From Candidatus Multivoradales bacterium (GTDB lineage: Bacteria > Acidobacteriota > Thermoanaerobaculia > Multivoradales > J023), in NCBI GenBank assembly GCA_965248925.1, contig CBDFLE010000006.1, forward strand, positions 480,001 to 544,000: a DNA stretch of 64,000 nucleotides, given 5' to 3'. Position numbers and translations under genes: made by a program. The stretch's first letter is position 1; each line of letters begins with the position of its first letter. Below the pieces are notes generated by a model. That model had not been told where the DNA came from, did not search any database, and saw nothing but the letters and a program-made list of their open reading frames with translations. This document shows positions 28,070 through 39,032 of the stretch, piece after piece.

Positions 28070-29464
28070 ATGTTCCGCTCGCGGGTCCATGGCGATGCTC
28101 GATGGATGAGCGGACGGGAGCGGGCTCGGTTCCTGGCGCCAGAGAACAAAGGGCTCATCCTGTCTCCTCGGCATCGATTGCGGCGACAGGACTCCTTCAC
28201 GAACCTGGTGCTGGTGGCGCCAACCGGATCTGGGAAGACGACACGCTACGTGATTCCGAACGTCCTCCACGTCCAGGGATCGGTGGTCGTCACCGATCCT
28301 TCCGGAGAGATCTACCAACGGACCTCGGGACACTTGCAGAGTCGGGGGTTCGGGATACAGGTGCTGGCTCCGGGGGAGGTCGCCAAGAGTGAGCGCTTCA
28401 ACCCGCTCTCGTTCTGGTCGAAACCGCAGGAGCTGCGGCAGCTCGCGACCATTCTCGGAATGAGCGTTCAGGGTCGGAGTGCTGACCCATTTTGGTCCAC
28501 GTCGGCGATCAACTTGCTCTGGCTCGGTTTGGCAGCACTGGTGAATGTCGAGGCGGAGCAGTTCATCAACCTCGGGAATCTTCGCTGGCTGCTCAACCAT
28601 CTTGGCGGAGATCGCGGCGCCCTAGATGCCTTCATGGTTCGCCATCTTGGCGAGCAAGAGGCCGTCCTTGCAGAATACCGCGCCTTCTGCGCTCAGGATC
28701 CGAAGGTTTTGGCGTCTATCTTGTCGAGCGCCCGAGCCGCGCTCGAGATGTGGGCGGACGAAGACATTTGTCGCTTGACGGCGCGGAACACGATCGACAT
28801 CGCCGCTCTCCGCCAGAAACCGACGGCCATCTACATCGTGGTGCCAGAGCACCAGATCCAGTACTTCGGTCAGCTCGTCAACCTCTTCTACTCGGCCTGC
28901 TTCGCTCACTGTCTGACCAGCGGTGGCGATCAGGGTTCGTCCTCCTCCTCCCGAGATCTTCCCGTGTACTTCTTCCTCGACGAGTTCGGGAACCTCGGGT
29001 ACATCCACGACATCGCCTCGGTCATCACCACGCTGCGCAAACGTCGCTGCTCCGTCAGCCTGATCCTCCAAGAGCTGTCCCAGCTCCGCGCAGTCTATGG
29101 TCCCGACGCGGCACGAACGATCTTCTCCGGGGGGTGCGCCAACAAGCTCTTCTTCGCCGGCCTCGATCTGGAAACCGCTCTCTACGTCGAACAAGCACTC
29201 GGTCAGAATACCGAGTACGACACCACGTTCGGCGGGATCGATGATCGCGCGCGGACTCTGGCCGTTCCCCTCCTTCGATCCGATGAAATGCGGAGGCTGC
29301 CTGCCGAGGATGCGGTTTTGATCTCTGGTCGCCAGCGACCGGCAAGAATCGAATTGCCGCCCTATTTCCTGGTGCCTTCGCTACAGCGGCTCGCTAAGAT
29401 CCCGCCAGCACCGTTCCGCAGGTCGGATGAGGGAGAGGCGCTGCCTTTCCTTGATTTGAGCTGA
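28070..29464 (+). CDS. VirD4/TraG-family type IV coupling protein
   Basis: HGDARW, APTGSGKT, VTDPSGE, FNPL, DPFW, FFLDEFGNLG; no obvious N-terminal TM anchor in the called ORF. Confidence 0.9.
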   Translation: MFRSRVHGDARWMSGRERARFLAPENKGLILSPRHRLRRQDSFTNLVLVAPTGSGKTTRYVIPNVLHVQGSVVVTDPSGEIYQRTSGHLQSRGFGIQVLAPGEVAKSERFNPLSFWSKPQELRQLATILGMSVQGRSADPFWSTSAINLLWLGLAALVNVEAEQFINLGNLRWLLNHLGGDRGALDAFMVRHLGEQEAVLAEYRAFCAQDPKVLASILSSARAALEMWADEDICRLTARNTIDIAALRQKPTAIYIVVPEHQIQYFGQLVNLFYSACFAHCLTSGGDQGSSSSSRDLPVYFFLDEFGNLGYIHDIASVITTLRKRRCSVSLILQELSQLRAVYGPDAARTIFSGGCANKLFFAGLDLETALYVEQALGQNTEYDTTFGGIDDRARTLAVPLLRSDEMRRLPAEDAVLISGRQRPARIELPPYFLVPSLQRLAKIPPAPFRRSDEGEALPFLDLS

Positions 29465-29563
29465 TGCATTCTCCGACAAGGGATGTCCGACCATTCAGAA
29501 CAGAACAGAAATAGGAGGACTCGATGAACAGATCGCACGTTCTCGATCGAATTTGCCGCTATC

Positions 29564-30034
29564 TCACTGAGGTTCACGGGCCTGAATGCACGAGGATAGT
29601 TTGCTTCCGACCTCGGAAAAGCCAGACGGTCCGAATTCTACCTGCCCGCTGTACCTACCAAAGCTAGGAAAGCGCCTTCCGAACATCGGCGTATCGACTA
29701 CTCCAACAGCCATTAGGCTCCAACGACCTCCGGGTCGATCGGCAGGGAGTACGATCTCGAGTTCAAAGGGCGGCTTATCGTCAATCTCCAAGAGCCCTGC
29801 TCCCGAGAGCACTACCCGATCAGGTCGAAACCACCAACCTGTTTGTAATCGAACTTGAAACAAGTTACTGGCCTCTTCCGAGCACACCGGAGTGACACTG
29901 CTAATAAGAACCGCAGGTTCATGGAAAAGAACGCCGAGCACCATCGCAAGAGCTAAGAAGAAGACTGCCGTCAAAATCGCATTTGTTCTCTTGGACACAC
30001 GGATAGATTGATATCTTGCCAAGAAAACTACCAC
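29564..30034 (-). CDS. Hypothetical membrane-anchored protein
   Basis: N-terminal TM; directly downstream of the large secreted protein. Confidence 0.55.
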   Translation of the reverse strand: MVVFLARYQSIRVSKRTNAILTAVFFLALAMVLGVLFHEPAVLISSVTPVCSEEASNLFQVRLQTGWWFRPDRVVLSGAGLLEIDDKPPFELEIVLPADRPGGRWSLMAVGVVDTPMFGRRFPSFGRYSGQVEFGPSGFSEVGSKLSSCIQAREPQ

Positions 30035-30049
30035 ATGAAAGGAAAGTAG

Positions 30050-33000
30050 TCAATCCCAACTTCCCAGGTCGCCGGACTCGAAACCGTCCGCAAAAATAAA
30101 TGGCATAGTTTCCACGATGATTCTGATCTCCGAGGTGAACACACCGCTGGTCACTGTGACAAAACTCTCACCGAAAAAGTGGACAGCCAACTCCCCCTCT
30201 CCGTCGACACTCACAACTTCTGGCGCCGAACTCTCGTAGGTAGTGCCGAGAAGGCTAGACCCGACATCACGAATCACCCCGTCCGAGTACTCTCCGAGAA
30301 CATGCAATTGTCTTGGTTGACCAGGAACCACGAGCACCAACGTTTCGGAAAGCAGGCTGATCCCATTTAACTCACTGTTCGGCTGTACTATATAGGACAG
30401 AGACTCCGAACTTGCACCTACTTCCGTCTCGCTATTCCACGCCCAGGCAGTGACTTGCCAGGGGCCTGCTCGTTCTAAGGGAACTTCAGCAAAGAACTGA
30501 AACGTCCCGTTCTCGTCTCGAAGAAATATCCCAGGCCCTACAATTACAGCCTGATCCGCTTCGAGTTCCGGATCCACCACCAGCGTAAATTCGACGACTT
30601 GACCAGGCACTAGAGTCGATCCTTGAGGCGGGCCATTGATGCTCACACTACCCAAAACCACACGCGACTCGATGCCTCTAGAGAAACCTTCTCCCAAAGT
30701 CATGAGAGGCCTCCGACCTACATTCGCTACAGCGGGGAATCTACCAAACCTATTCGATGCCCTTGGGGTATTGAGTAACTCAGCAATCTCTTGACTATAG
30801 AAGGCGCTGCCCGTATTGCCTGGAACTCCTTGGCTTGGCAAACTCAGGTGAACGCCATCAAGACCGGTAATGCGGGGGCTTGCAGCAGAGTCAGCGATTC
30901 CTCCAACCTGACTGTCGATATCTACCAACCCGTCGTTCGCATTCTCCAGGCCCAAGAAAGGTCCTGCGATGCGTACTGCCTTGTACAGGCCCTCAACCGG
31001 GGTTCCTTCAACCTCTTCGGGCGTAACCCGTCCAGACAACGCATGGCCAGGGACAGGTGTGAACTCTATACTTGCCAAAGCGTCACTTCCCTCAGCTAGA
31101 TCCTCAATCGCCCCAAGAATAATTGGTTTGCCAAGTTCGTTTGCCATCTCTACGGCGAACCAGCAAAGATCCGAAAGGCAGTCAGTAAAGAGGAACAGTA
31201 GGTGGTTTGCAAGAGAGGCGCCGAGGTGTGGTGTGTCGAGAGTCACAAGCGAGTTAAAGTCTCCACCTTGATAGTTTGCATCGCGCTGATAGAAGCCTGT
31301 CTGGGCGTAGAGCCGCGCGATCAAACCTCCCATACTGTGCCCGATCACATCGACCTGCGTAACCGCAATCTCTTGCTCTCTGTAATGATTGAATACCTGA
31401 AACAGAGCCGGCACGACTGCATCTGTGTATGTGGAGAAGTGGCCCGCCGCTTGATTATCTCCTGAGTAATCGACGTGCGAGAAGTTCTGAACGAACCTAA
31501 TATCTTCGATCAATGGGAAAGACCATGTTGCCGGACCACTCCAAAGCCCATGAATGAATACGAGTGGAGGTCTCCAGATCTCCAACGGTACAGAGCTTGA
31601 AATCGTCAGCCCTGAAGCAGACTCATAGTTTACGATTACACTCAGAGGGCGCGTTCGAAGAACTTCATCTCCACCTCGATTGAAGTCATCGGGGGCTCTA
31701 TAGTGAGCAAACCCAAAGAAATCACTTTCAACCTCCACAGTAGGCACGAGCAACTCCGTCTCTCTTGCTCCTTGGCCTACGAGAGAGAAACCTCCGTCTT
31801 CAGGAGCCGAGCCGGTGTCAAGTTCGAAGCTCACCTGGCCAACCATTGGAACGCTGACGCGAAACAGGAGGCGGCTGAGGCCATCAGCTGCCACTCCATG
31901 CCTCTCGCTTCCACCATCAATGAGCGCATCTGGGCTCGTCACACCGGCGAATTGCGTCTGAACATCGACTACATCGACGCTGATTGCCGGCGGGCGCACA
32001 GTTGTCTCCTCAAATGCGCTGTTGTTCGAGTGGTCGTCGTCAACCGTGGCCGAGCCTGCGACGAATGACGCGTTAATAATTCCCGAGATTGCAGCGTCTA
32101 TCGCCGCCGTCACTATGCAGGTACCGGACTCGCCGCTGCTCATGTCGCCAATGAAAACTCGAGTCGGGGAACTCGGTTCAAAAAAGCAGTTCGTCGATGA
32201 CTCAACAGCCAGTCCAGGTTCTAAGACCACATCGACGAACGCATCGAGCGCTGAGTCAGGTCCCAGGTTCTTGACCTCGATCGAATATTGGATGGACGAG
32301 TCTGCGACGATTGGGTCAAAGGAGTCGAGAGAAGAAACTATTGCCAAATCGGCGATGGCAGGATCAACGACCTGTGTGTTCTCCTGCGCTGTGTTGTTGA
32401 GTGGATCAGGATCTGCCTCAATCCCGCTCACATCTGCGGCGCTTATGATCGCGCCGGCCTCGTCAGCCGTGACGACGATCTCAATGGACGGATACGTTAA
32501 TCCGCTCGCGAGGTCACCGATGGTACATGTAACCACTCGATCCAATTCACTGCAAATGCTTGGCTGATTCGTTGACACAAACGTCGTCACACTTCCAAGA
32601 ATTGTGTGGGTGAGCGTGATGCCGCTCGCATCATCTGGGCCGAGGTTTTCCGCCATCACCGAATAGGTTAGGTCCCCACCTACCATCACAGGATCAGGGC
32701 TGTCGGCCAGATTCACGCTGAGATCGGCTTCGACGATTGGCGCATCAACAACAGAGAAGGTGAAGTCGGTTGCGTCGAAGACTCCGCTCGACGCATGGCG
32801 AACGTAGAATCTCCAATCGGTCGCGATTGCGGCGCTGACAGGAATCGTGACGACTTCTTCGCCGTCATTGGGAGTATCTTCGGTAAAGCGGATCCAGTCG
32901 ATACCATCTGGCTCGGTTTGACTCGGCGGTACGATGTCGCGTTTCATTGCCAAGGCCATCAACTCGGTTGGGTCAATACCGGTCGTGGTCCATTCGAGAA

Positions 33001-34252
33001 CCTCTGGGTCTCCGTGGCGGTAGGTACTTGGGACAGCTGGCCCAACGATAGTTGCCGTCGGAAGTGCTGGCGTGAATTCGTAAACGTAGGTCGAGCCAGC
33101 GAAGCTAATGCCGCTATGACTGTCAGCTATGGCCCCGACCACAACGAGATCGACGCCTGCCGCCACAGAGTCCCCAAAGCTGTCGAAGGCAGCAGCGTCG
33201 CTTGCAGTCAGCTTCTGCTCCATCCAAGCTCCGCCCACTCTCGTAAACACATAGGCTGCGCCAGAGTCGGTCCCCGCATCGTCGTCTCTGGGAGCTCCGA
33301 CAACAATCCTTTCACCATGAACAGTGACGGATTCTCCGAACCAATCAGCCGCTGAGCCATCGCTCGCGAGGAGCTTTTCCTCCTCGCTCCAACTCGTATC
33401 GCTTCGCACAAAAACATATGCAGAACCAGAGTCTGTCCCAACGTCATCGTCTCTCCGTGCTCCGGCAACGATCGTGTCGGCACTGATCGAGACTGATCGG
33501 CCAAACAGATCGTTCTCGGCTGCATCCCCTGCAATGAGTTTCTGCTGTTGTGACCATGTAGCCCCACCCCGCACAAAGACATAGGCTGCGCCGGCCTGAT
33601 TTCCAGCGTCGCTGTCGTTTGCGGCCCCAACGACGATATCGTCACCGTTGATCCAGACGGAGAGACCGAACCCATTGCCTGTGACATCCCCTGCAATGAG
33701 CTTTTGCTGCTCCACCCACGTCGGCCCGTCCTTCACGAATATATAGACCGCCTCGGAAGCTCCGATAGCAAGAGTTTCACCACTTATTGAGACCGAGAAT
33801 CCCAGGCTGTTGGTCGATGTACCGTCGCTCGTGACAAGTTTTTGATGCTGAATCCAGTTGATCCCATCCCACAAAAAGACATAACCCGAGCCGGAACTAG
33901 CGTTAGTGCGGGGAGCCCCAACTATCAGCGTGTCGCCGGACACTGAGACAGCTGCACCGAACTCCGCGAACGCTTCAGCATCGCTGGCTATCAGCCTCTG
34001 CTGTTCGTCCCACGAGGTCCCATTGTTCGAGAAGACATAGACGGACCCGGAGTCATCTCCAATGTCGTCATCGAATCTCGATCCAATCACTAGATTGTCT
34101 CCGTCTAAGGAAGTGGAGAACCCGAACTGGTCGTTTATTCCAGCATCACTTGCTAGCAATTTCGTCTCTTGAGTAGCTGGCGCTTCTGCGGCACTTCCAG
34201 AGGGTGCTGACAGAATGATGATAGCGGCAATAGAGGTCAAGGTCTGATTCAT
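30050..34252 (-). CDS. Large secreted protein: FG-GAP propeller, 2x DUF11-like Ig domains, alpha/beta hydrolase, Ig domain, IFADGFE tail
   Basis: KLxASD..FGxSV..VGA repeats; ADLSV...DSPDPV; FIHGLWS, GHSMGG; C-terminal IFADGFESGDLGSWD. Confidence 0.9.
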   Translation of the reverse strand: MNQTLTSIAAIIILSAPSGSAAEAPATQETKLLASDAGINDQFGFSTSLDGDNLVIGSRFDDDIGDDSGSVYVFSNNGTSWDEQQRLIASDAEAFAEFGAAVSVSGDTLIVGAPRTNASSGSGYVFLWDGINWIQHQKLVTSDGTSTNSLGFSVSISGETLAIGASEAVYIFVKDGPTWVEQQKLIAGDVTGNGFGLSVWINGDDIVVGAANDSDAGNQAGAAYVFVRGGATWSQQQKLIAGDAAENDLFGRSVSISADTIVAGARRDDDVGTDSGSAYVFVRSDTSWSEEEKLLASDGSAADWFGESVTVHGERIVVGAPRDDDAGTDSGAAYVFTRVGGAWMEQKLTASDAAAFDSFGDSVAAGVDLVVVGAIADSHSGISFAGSTYVYEFTPALPTATIVGPAVPSTYRHGDPEVLEWTTTGIDPTELMALAMKRDIVPPSQTEPDGIDWIRFTEDTPNDGEEVVTIPVSAAIATDWRFYVRHASSGVFDATDFTFSVVDAPIVEADLSVNLADSPDPVMVGGDLTYSVMAENLGPDDASGITLTHTILGSVTTFVSTNQPSICSELDRVVTCTIGDLASGLTYPSIEIVVTADEAGAIISAADVSGIEADPDPLNNTAQENTQVVDPAIADLAIVSSLDSFDPIVADSSIQYSIEVKNLGPDSALDAFVDVVLEPGLAVESSTNCFFEPSSPTRVFIGDMSSGESGTCIVTAAIDAAISGIINASFVAGSATVDDDHSNNSAFEETTVRPPAISVDVVDVQTQFAGVTSPDALIDGGSERHGVAADGLSRLLFRVSVPMVGQVSFELDTGSAPEDGGFSLVGQGARETELLVPTVEVESDFFGFAHYRAPDDFNRGGDEVLRTRPLSVIVNYESASGLTISSSVPLEIWRPPLVFIHGLWSGPATWSFPLIEDIRFVQNFSHVDYSGDNQAAGHFSTYTDAVVPALFQVFNHYREQEIAVTQVDVIGHSMGGLIARLYAQTGFYQRDANYQGGDFNSLVTLDTPHLGASLANHLLFLFTDCLSDLCWFAVEMANELGKPIILGAIEDLAEGSDALASIEFTPVPGHALSGRVTPEEVEGTPVEGLYKAVRIAGPFLGLENANDGLVDIDSQVGGIADSAASPRITGLDGVHLSLPSQGVPGNTGSAFYSQEIAELLNTPRASNRFGRFPAVANVGRRPLMTLGEGFSRGIESRVVLGSVSINGPPQGSTLVPGQVVEFTLVVDPELEADQAVIVGPGIFLRDENGTFQFFAEVPLERAGPWQVTAWAWNSETEVGASSESLSYIVQPNSELNGISLLSETLVLVVPGQPRQLHVLGEYSDGVIRDVGSSLLGTTYESSAPEVVSVDGEGELAVHFFGESFVTVTSGVFTSEIRIIVETMPFIFADGFESGDLGSWD

Positions 34253-34389
34253 GAGACATCCTCAATCTAGCGGAAGAAGCGTCCTGTTTACTCGACCCTG
34301 GAATCTTCCGATGACGTTAAGATAATCCGAGGGGTTGATGGAGGGATCTGAAATCCCTTAGACGAGAACTGTTTTGGAATAGGCATCGC

Positions 34390-37284
34390 CTACTTCCCAT
34401 TCTCGGTGACCGCACTTGGAGGACTTTCTGCCTCCTGACATGTGCCTTGCTGACTGCGAAACCTCCTCGCAAGCTCCTGCTCATGTTCCGCTACCTTCTC
34501 GCGTTGGCCCGATTGGCGATAGAAGTCCAAGACTCGTTGCAATGTGCGAATCGCTGGTGGGCTTGCCCTCCCAGGATTCTTATCTAGCGACCGGAGGCTT
34601 GCCAAAAGAAGCGATTCTGCTGCGGCAGATTCGCCAAGACCCATAAGCGAACAGCCTAGGATGCCTTTCGCATTCCAGTGCTTCCAGTGTCCAGCTGGCA
34701 ACTCTGCAGCAAGCGTGTTGATTGCTTCCTTTGCCAGCTCTTTCGACTTGGCGTAGTTCCCTCGGGCGCACTCCAAAATAGCGATCTGAAGATGGACATC
34801 TGCGACGTGTTCATGGTGCTTACCTAGATCTCGTTCGCGAATCTGAAGCGCACGGTTGAGTACCTCTTGAGACTCGCTAAGTGACCCCTGATCCAGAAGA
34901 ATCGCTCCTAGTTCATGAAGCGCTTGAGCGGCCTTTAGGCTATCCGTCCCGACTAGCTCCGTTTCGATAGATAGCGCTTCTCGCGAATAGAGCTCGGCCC
35001 TATCCAGAGAGCTTCTGGAACGGTGGACCTTCCCGAGGCTGACCAGAATAAATGGCAGTATGGGAGGAGGCTTTGTCGCCTGGCGAACGAGTTGGAGGGC
35101 GGTTTCGAGGTGCTTTTGGGCGTCGCAGTAGTTGCCTTGTAACCAGAGCACTTCTGCAAGATAAACTGCTGTAGTTTGTGTTAGATGATGTTGTTCGCCG
35201 AGTAGCTGGCGTCTTGTTTCAAGAGCTCTCGTTATGAGCTCCGTAGCTTGTTGTAGGTCGCCTTTGTATTGGTGGAGAAACCGTCCGTAGCTTGTGTAGC
35301 TGTAGGCAAGATGTGAGTGTGGATCTTGGAAGAGGCGCTTGCGCATCTCAAGAGCTTCTAGATAAAGCGGCTCGGCCTCGCTCTCTTTGCCGCGATCTCT
35401 GAGCAAAATGGCTAGGTTGTCTATGCTCTTTGCGAGTTCGATGTGGTCGCCTGGATATGCCTGTCTAAGAACTGCCAGAGCTCGGCGGTCGAGCTTTTCT
35501 GTTGCCTCAAGGTTACCTCGTATCCAGAAAATCGTTGCTAGGTTATTCAGGCTATATGCTGTCTCTTCATGTTGCTCTCCCAGCTGCGAGAGCCGGATTT
35601 CAAGTGCCTGTCGGAACATGTCTTCTGCCTCGTCATATTCTCCCAGCTCCTGCTTCAAAGTTGCCAGGTCGTTGAGAGCAGAGGCATGCTGGGCACTTTC
35701 CCGCCCCATAGCCTTCAGCGAGTCACCGACCGATGATTGAAGGTGGCCCTCAGCCTTACCGAACAGGCCTAGGACGCGATAGATTTCTCCGATAACTCCT
35801 TCTACCTCTGCGCGAATAGCGGGTTCTTGGGCCAGCTCTTCGTAGACTTTCTGTGATCCGTTTTCGAGAACCTGGGCTACTGCAATGGCTCCAACATGCG
35901 CTTCGTCGGGCTCGGAGTTCTCGAAGAGGCCAATAAGGAAACGTCGAGTAACATTGGCCTGCCGAAGGCGGTGCTGGGCCAGGTCGCGCTGACGAACGGT
36001 TTCTTGGTACTGTCCCCACAACGCAAATGCCGCGATTCCAATGACAACCAAGAAAAGCCCGGCGATGGCGAGCCCAATCCGGTTCCTCTTGAGGAATTTT
36101 CGAGCCTTGTAGCCAGGGCTCGGCTCGCGAGCGTCGATAGGAAGGCCCGTGAGGTACTTCTCTATATCGTCGGCAAGCTTCTGAACGGTGGGATAACGCC
36201 TACCTGGCTCCTTCCGCAGCGCCATCAAGACGATGGTGTCGAGATCACCTTCGAGCTTCCGTTTGAAGCTGGCGGTCGTGGGATCGGTGGCAGGCGGGTC
36301 TTCCGATGACTCGGATTTGCTCGTCTCCGTCAATACCGTGCTGGGAGGTTCTGGTGTCTGGTCACAGACGATACTCCGGATTTCTTTCTCAGCCTGCGCT
36401 TTCAGACGGTAAGGACGATTGCCAGCGAGTAGTTCGTAGAGCAGGATGCCCAAGGAGTACACGTCGCTGGCAATGTGGATATCCTGACCGGTGATCTGCT
36501 CAGGGCTGGCGTAGTCGGGGGTGAAGAGCTTCTGGTCGCCGCCGGTGAGCACAGTGACGCCGACGTTTACCGCTGCACCCTCTTCCGCGAGCAACTTGGC
36601 CACACCGAAGTCGAGAAGCTTGGGTTCACCGTCGGTGGTTACCAGTACATTGCTTGGCTTGAGATCGCGATGGATGACGAGCTTGGTGTGGGCGTATTGC
36701 ACCGCGTCGCAGACTTTCTGGAAGAGTCGCAATCGGTCTTCCAGGGAGAGCTTCTCATCGCGGCAGTAGGCGTCGATCCTTTTCCCCTCGATGTACTCCA
36801 TTAGGTAGTAGAGGCGGCCGTCTTCGGTTCGGCCACCACTGTGGAGCTGGGCGATATTGGGGTGCTTGAGTTTGGCAAGAATGCCCATTTCCTGAAGAAA
36901 ACGCTGCTCGGCTTCGTCGCTCGTCTGGCCTGCCGGCAGGGTTGCCTGAAGGACTTTCAGGGCAACTTCGTGTTCGAATTCGTCCCCGATTCTGCTCGCC
37001 AGGTAGACGATTCCCATGCCGCCGCTGCCGAGTTTCCGAATGACCCGATACGCACCGACCTCGCTGTCTTTTTCGAGTTCATCCGTCTCACCGAGAATCC
37101 GGATGGGTGACTGCTCCATGAAGTCGACCTTCTCCAAGTCGGCATTCAGGAAGGACTCGACCTCTTGATGCAGCTCGCGGTCGTCGCCGCAGGCTTGATC
37201 CAGGAAGGCACTTCTTTCTTCACCGGAAAGCTCCCGAGCTTCCAAGGCGATGCTTCTGACGATCTTCCAGCGTTCAGAGTCCAT
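34390..37284 (-). CDS. Hanks-type Ser/Thr kinase with TM and TPR repeats
   Basis: LGSGGMGIVY, VALK, HRDLKPSN, DFG, TPDYASPE; SLNNLA TPRs. Confidence 0.95.
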   Translation of the reverse strand: MDSERWKIVRSIALEARELSGEERSAFLDQACGDDRELHQEVESFLNADLEKVDFMEQSPIRILGETDELEKDSEVGAYRVIRKLGSGGMGIVYLASRIGDEFEHEVALKVLQATLPAGQTSDEAEQRFLQEMGILAKLKHPNIAQLHSGGRTEDGRLYYLMEYIEGKRIDAYCRDEKLSLEDRLRLFQKVCDAVQYAHTKLVIHRDLKPSNVLVTTDGEPKLLDFGVAKLLAEEGAAVNVGVTVLTGGDQKLFTPDYASPEQITGQDIHIASDVYSLGILLYELLAGNRPYRLKAQAEKEIRSIVCDQTPEPPSTVLTETSKSESSEDPPATDPTTASFKRKLEGDLDTIVLMALRKEPGRRYPTVQKLADDIEKYLTGLPIDAREPSPGYKARKFLKRNRIGLAIAGLFLVVIGIAAFALWGQYQETVRQRDLAQHRLRQANVTRRFLIGLFENSEPDEAHVGAIAVAQVLENGSQKVYEELAQEPAIRAEVEGVIGEIYRVLGLFGKAEGHLQSSVGDSLKAMGRESAQHASALNDLATLKQELGEYDEAEDMFRQALEIRLSQLGEQHEETAYSLNNLATIFWIRGNLEATEKLDRRALAVLRQAYPGDHIELAKSIDNLAILLRDRGKESEAEPLYLEALEMRKRLFQDPHSHLAYSYTSYGRFLHQYKGDLQQATELITRALETRRQLLGEQHHLTQTTAVYLAEVLWLQGNYCDAQKHLETALQLVRQATKPPPILPFILVSLGKVHRSRSSLDRAELYSREALSIETELVGTDSLKAAQALHELGAILLDQGSLSESQEVLNRALQIRERDLGKHHEHVADVHLQIAILECARGNYAKSKELAKEAINTLAAELPAGHWKHWNAKGILGCSLMGLGESAAAESLLLASLRSLDKNPGRASPPAIRTLQRVLDFYRQSGQREKVAEHEQELARRFRSQQGTCQEAESPPSAVTENGK

Positions 37285-37361
37285 ATTGCTCGATGTCCAT
37301 TCGTTGGCAGGACGATTTGGCCTTCTCGATCTACGAAGGCGAGGTTTGGGGAAGAACTGGC

Positions 37362-37970
37362 TCAGTCGGGCGGAAGTGATCGCTCGACGTCGTCACCCAG
37401 CTCTCGGGCGAGGAACATCTTGGCGGCCGTCCAACGGCGGGTCACCTTGGCGCGGGACCAACCCAAAACCTGAGCGATCTCTTCACCAGTGAGACCCGCG
37501 AAAAACTTCAAATCGACGACCTCCGCAGCCTTGGGATCGACCTCTCTCAGCCGTTCCAGAGCCCGGTCGAGGTCGAGCAGTACGGCAGAGTCGATGTCGG
37601 TCTCTGTCGCTCGGTCCGTCGCGCCGGTCAGGGACACCATGGTGACCTTGCCGGGCCGCTTCGCTCTCTTTTTGTGGTTCGCGTGGTCGATCAGGATGAG
37701 GCGAATGAGCTTCCCCGCGAAAGCGAAAAACTGCTTGCGGGTGTCCCAGTTCGTGCTCGGCCAGCCCATCAAGCGTAGGGTAAGCTCGCTGACGATCGCG
37801 GTCGGCTGAAGAGTATGGTTGCCATCTTCCCGCTGGAAGTAGAACTGAGCGGCTCTTCGCAGCTCGGGCTCGACTTCAGTGATGAGCGCGTCCAGGGCTC
37901 CATCTTCGCCTCGGCTCCAGGCTTGGAGAATGCCCGTAATGTCATCGGACGTCGCGATAGCGGTCGTCAT
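37362..37970 (-). CDS. ECF-type sigma factor (kinase-associated group)
   Basis: HTLQPTAIV, FFAFA, VVDLKFFAGLTGEEIA. Confidence 0.92.
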   Translation of the reverse strand: MTTAIATSDDITGILQAWSRGEDGALDALITEVEPELRRAAQFYFQREDGNHTLQPTAIVSELTLRLMGWPSTNWDTRKQFFAFAGKLIRLILIDHANHKKRAKRPGKVTMVSLTGATDRATETDIDSAVLLDLDRALERLREVDPKAAEVVDLKFFAGLTGEEIAQVLGWSRAKVTRRWTAAKMFLARELGDDVERSLPPD

Positions 37971-38153
37971 ACTGTTCCCCCTCTCGGATCACAGATCCAA
38001 TTCGGCACCCCACCGACGGGTCGCTACCAAGGTCGGTTGGGGCGGGTGTGCAAGGCCAGATTCTTAGCGATCTCACGAGCAGCATATACGTTTTCTCTTT
38101 CTTCCTGCATTCCAGAAGAAGTCAGTCTGGTCGTCATCTGCAGCCTCATGACC

Positions 38154-38663
38154 TCAGTAGGCGAGCTTCCGGCACTGCTCCTCCGTGGCTCGCTGGATTC
38201 GCTCGACGGTTCTCTGGAGCCGCTCCTCTGCCTGCTCGCGGCTCTCTTGGAAGGTCTGCATGGTGATGGATTCGAACGGCGTCTTGCCCTTGATGGTCAG
38301 CCATTCATCACCGCCGTCTACCTGGTTGATGAAGCAGATCTCATCCAGCACGAATGCTTGTCCGAGGCACCAATTTCCGTGGAACAAGCGCTCGGCCAGC
38401 TCTCGGATGTCGCGGCAAAAGGTGAAGCTCAAAACGGTGAAGGGCGGATCGACCGCCTCTTGGATCCAAGGATTCTGGCGGCCAATCGCCACCCACCAGG
38501 CGAGCTGTTCCCGTTGTTCGGTCGTCAGCTCGGCTATCTTGGCTTCACAGCGGCTACGGAATTCCTCGGATGATTCGGAGAGCCCATAGAAATAGGAGTC
38601 AGCGCAGAGATCCTGCGCGAGGATCGGGAGGTCGTCCCGAGATTTGTCGGTGTCAGATGGCAT
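38154..38663 (-). CDS. Hypothetical element protein (HGNWCLGQAF)
   Basis: Long ORF with the element-type C/T-rich leader; start could be 38699 or 38741. Confidence 0.7.
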   Translation of the reverse strand: MPSDTDKSRDDLPILAQDLCADSYFYGLSESSEEFRSRCEAKIAELTTEQREQLAWWVAIGRQNPWIQEAVDPPFTVLSFTFCRDIRELAERLFHGNWCLGQAFVLDEICFINQVDGGDEWLTIKGKTPFESITMQTFQESREQAEERLQRTVERIQRATEEQCRKLAY

Positions 38664-38706
38664 GGTCGGTGGGATGAGAGGCGGGAAAGGTGCAGGCATG
38701 AAGGTG

Positions 38707-38973
38707 TCACGCCGCGAGGGCTTGGTCGTCATTGGCCGCACCGAGGTCGCAAGGGCGAACGTCGGGGGTCTGTTGCCCGGTCCACATGGAAAGGCGGCGG
38801 CGTGCTCTCGATCGGGTGTGGGTCAACCGCGAGCACGGGAAGCGTGCGATCTCGCAGGTTGGCTGCTCGTCGCGATCGGCCTTTGCGCGACTCTGAACCC
38901 GCTCGGATTTCAGGTTCTGGAAATCGACTCGCTCTGGCTTCAGGCATTGAGCCTGGACTCGTTCTGGTTTCAT
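38707..38973 (-). CDS. Small hypothetical protein with 10-aa tandem repeats
   Basis: PERVQAQCLK/PERVDFQNLK/SERVQSRAKA; element-type leader. Confidence 0.45.
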   Translation of the reverse strand: MKPERVQAQCLKPERVDFQNLKSERVQSRAKADRDEQPTCEIARFPCSRLTHTRSRARRRLSMWTGQQTPDVRPCDLGAANDDQALAA

Positions 38974-39032
38974 GGGGAATAGGGGTGAAAGAACAAAAGG
39001 GCAAAAGGGATCAGGAACTGAGAAAGGGCAGA

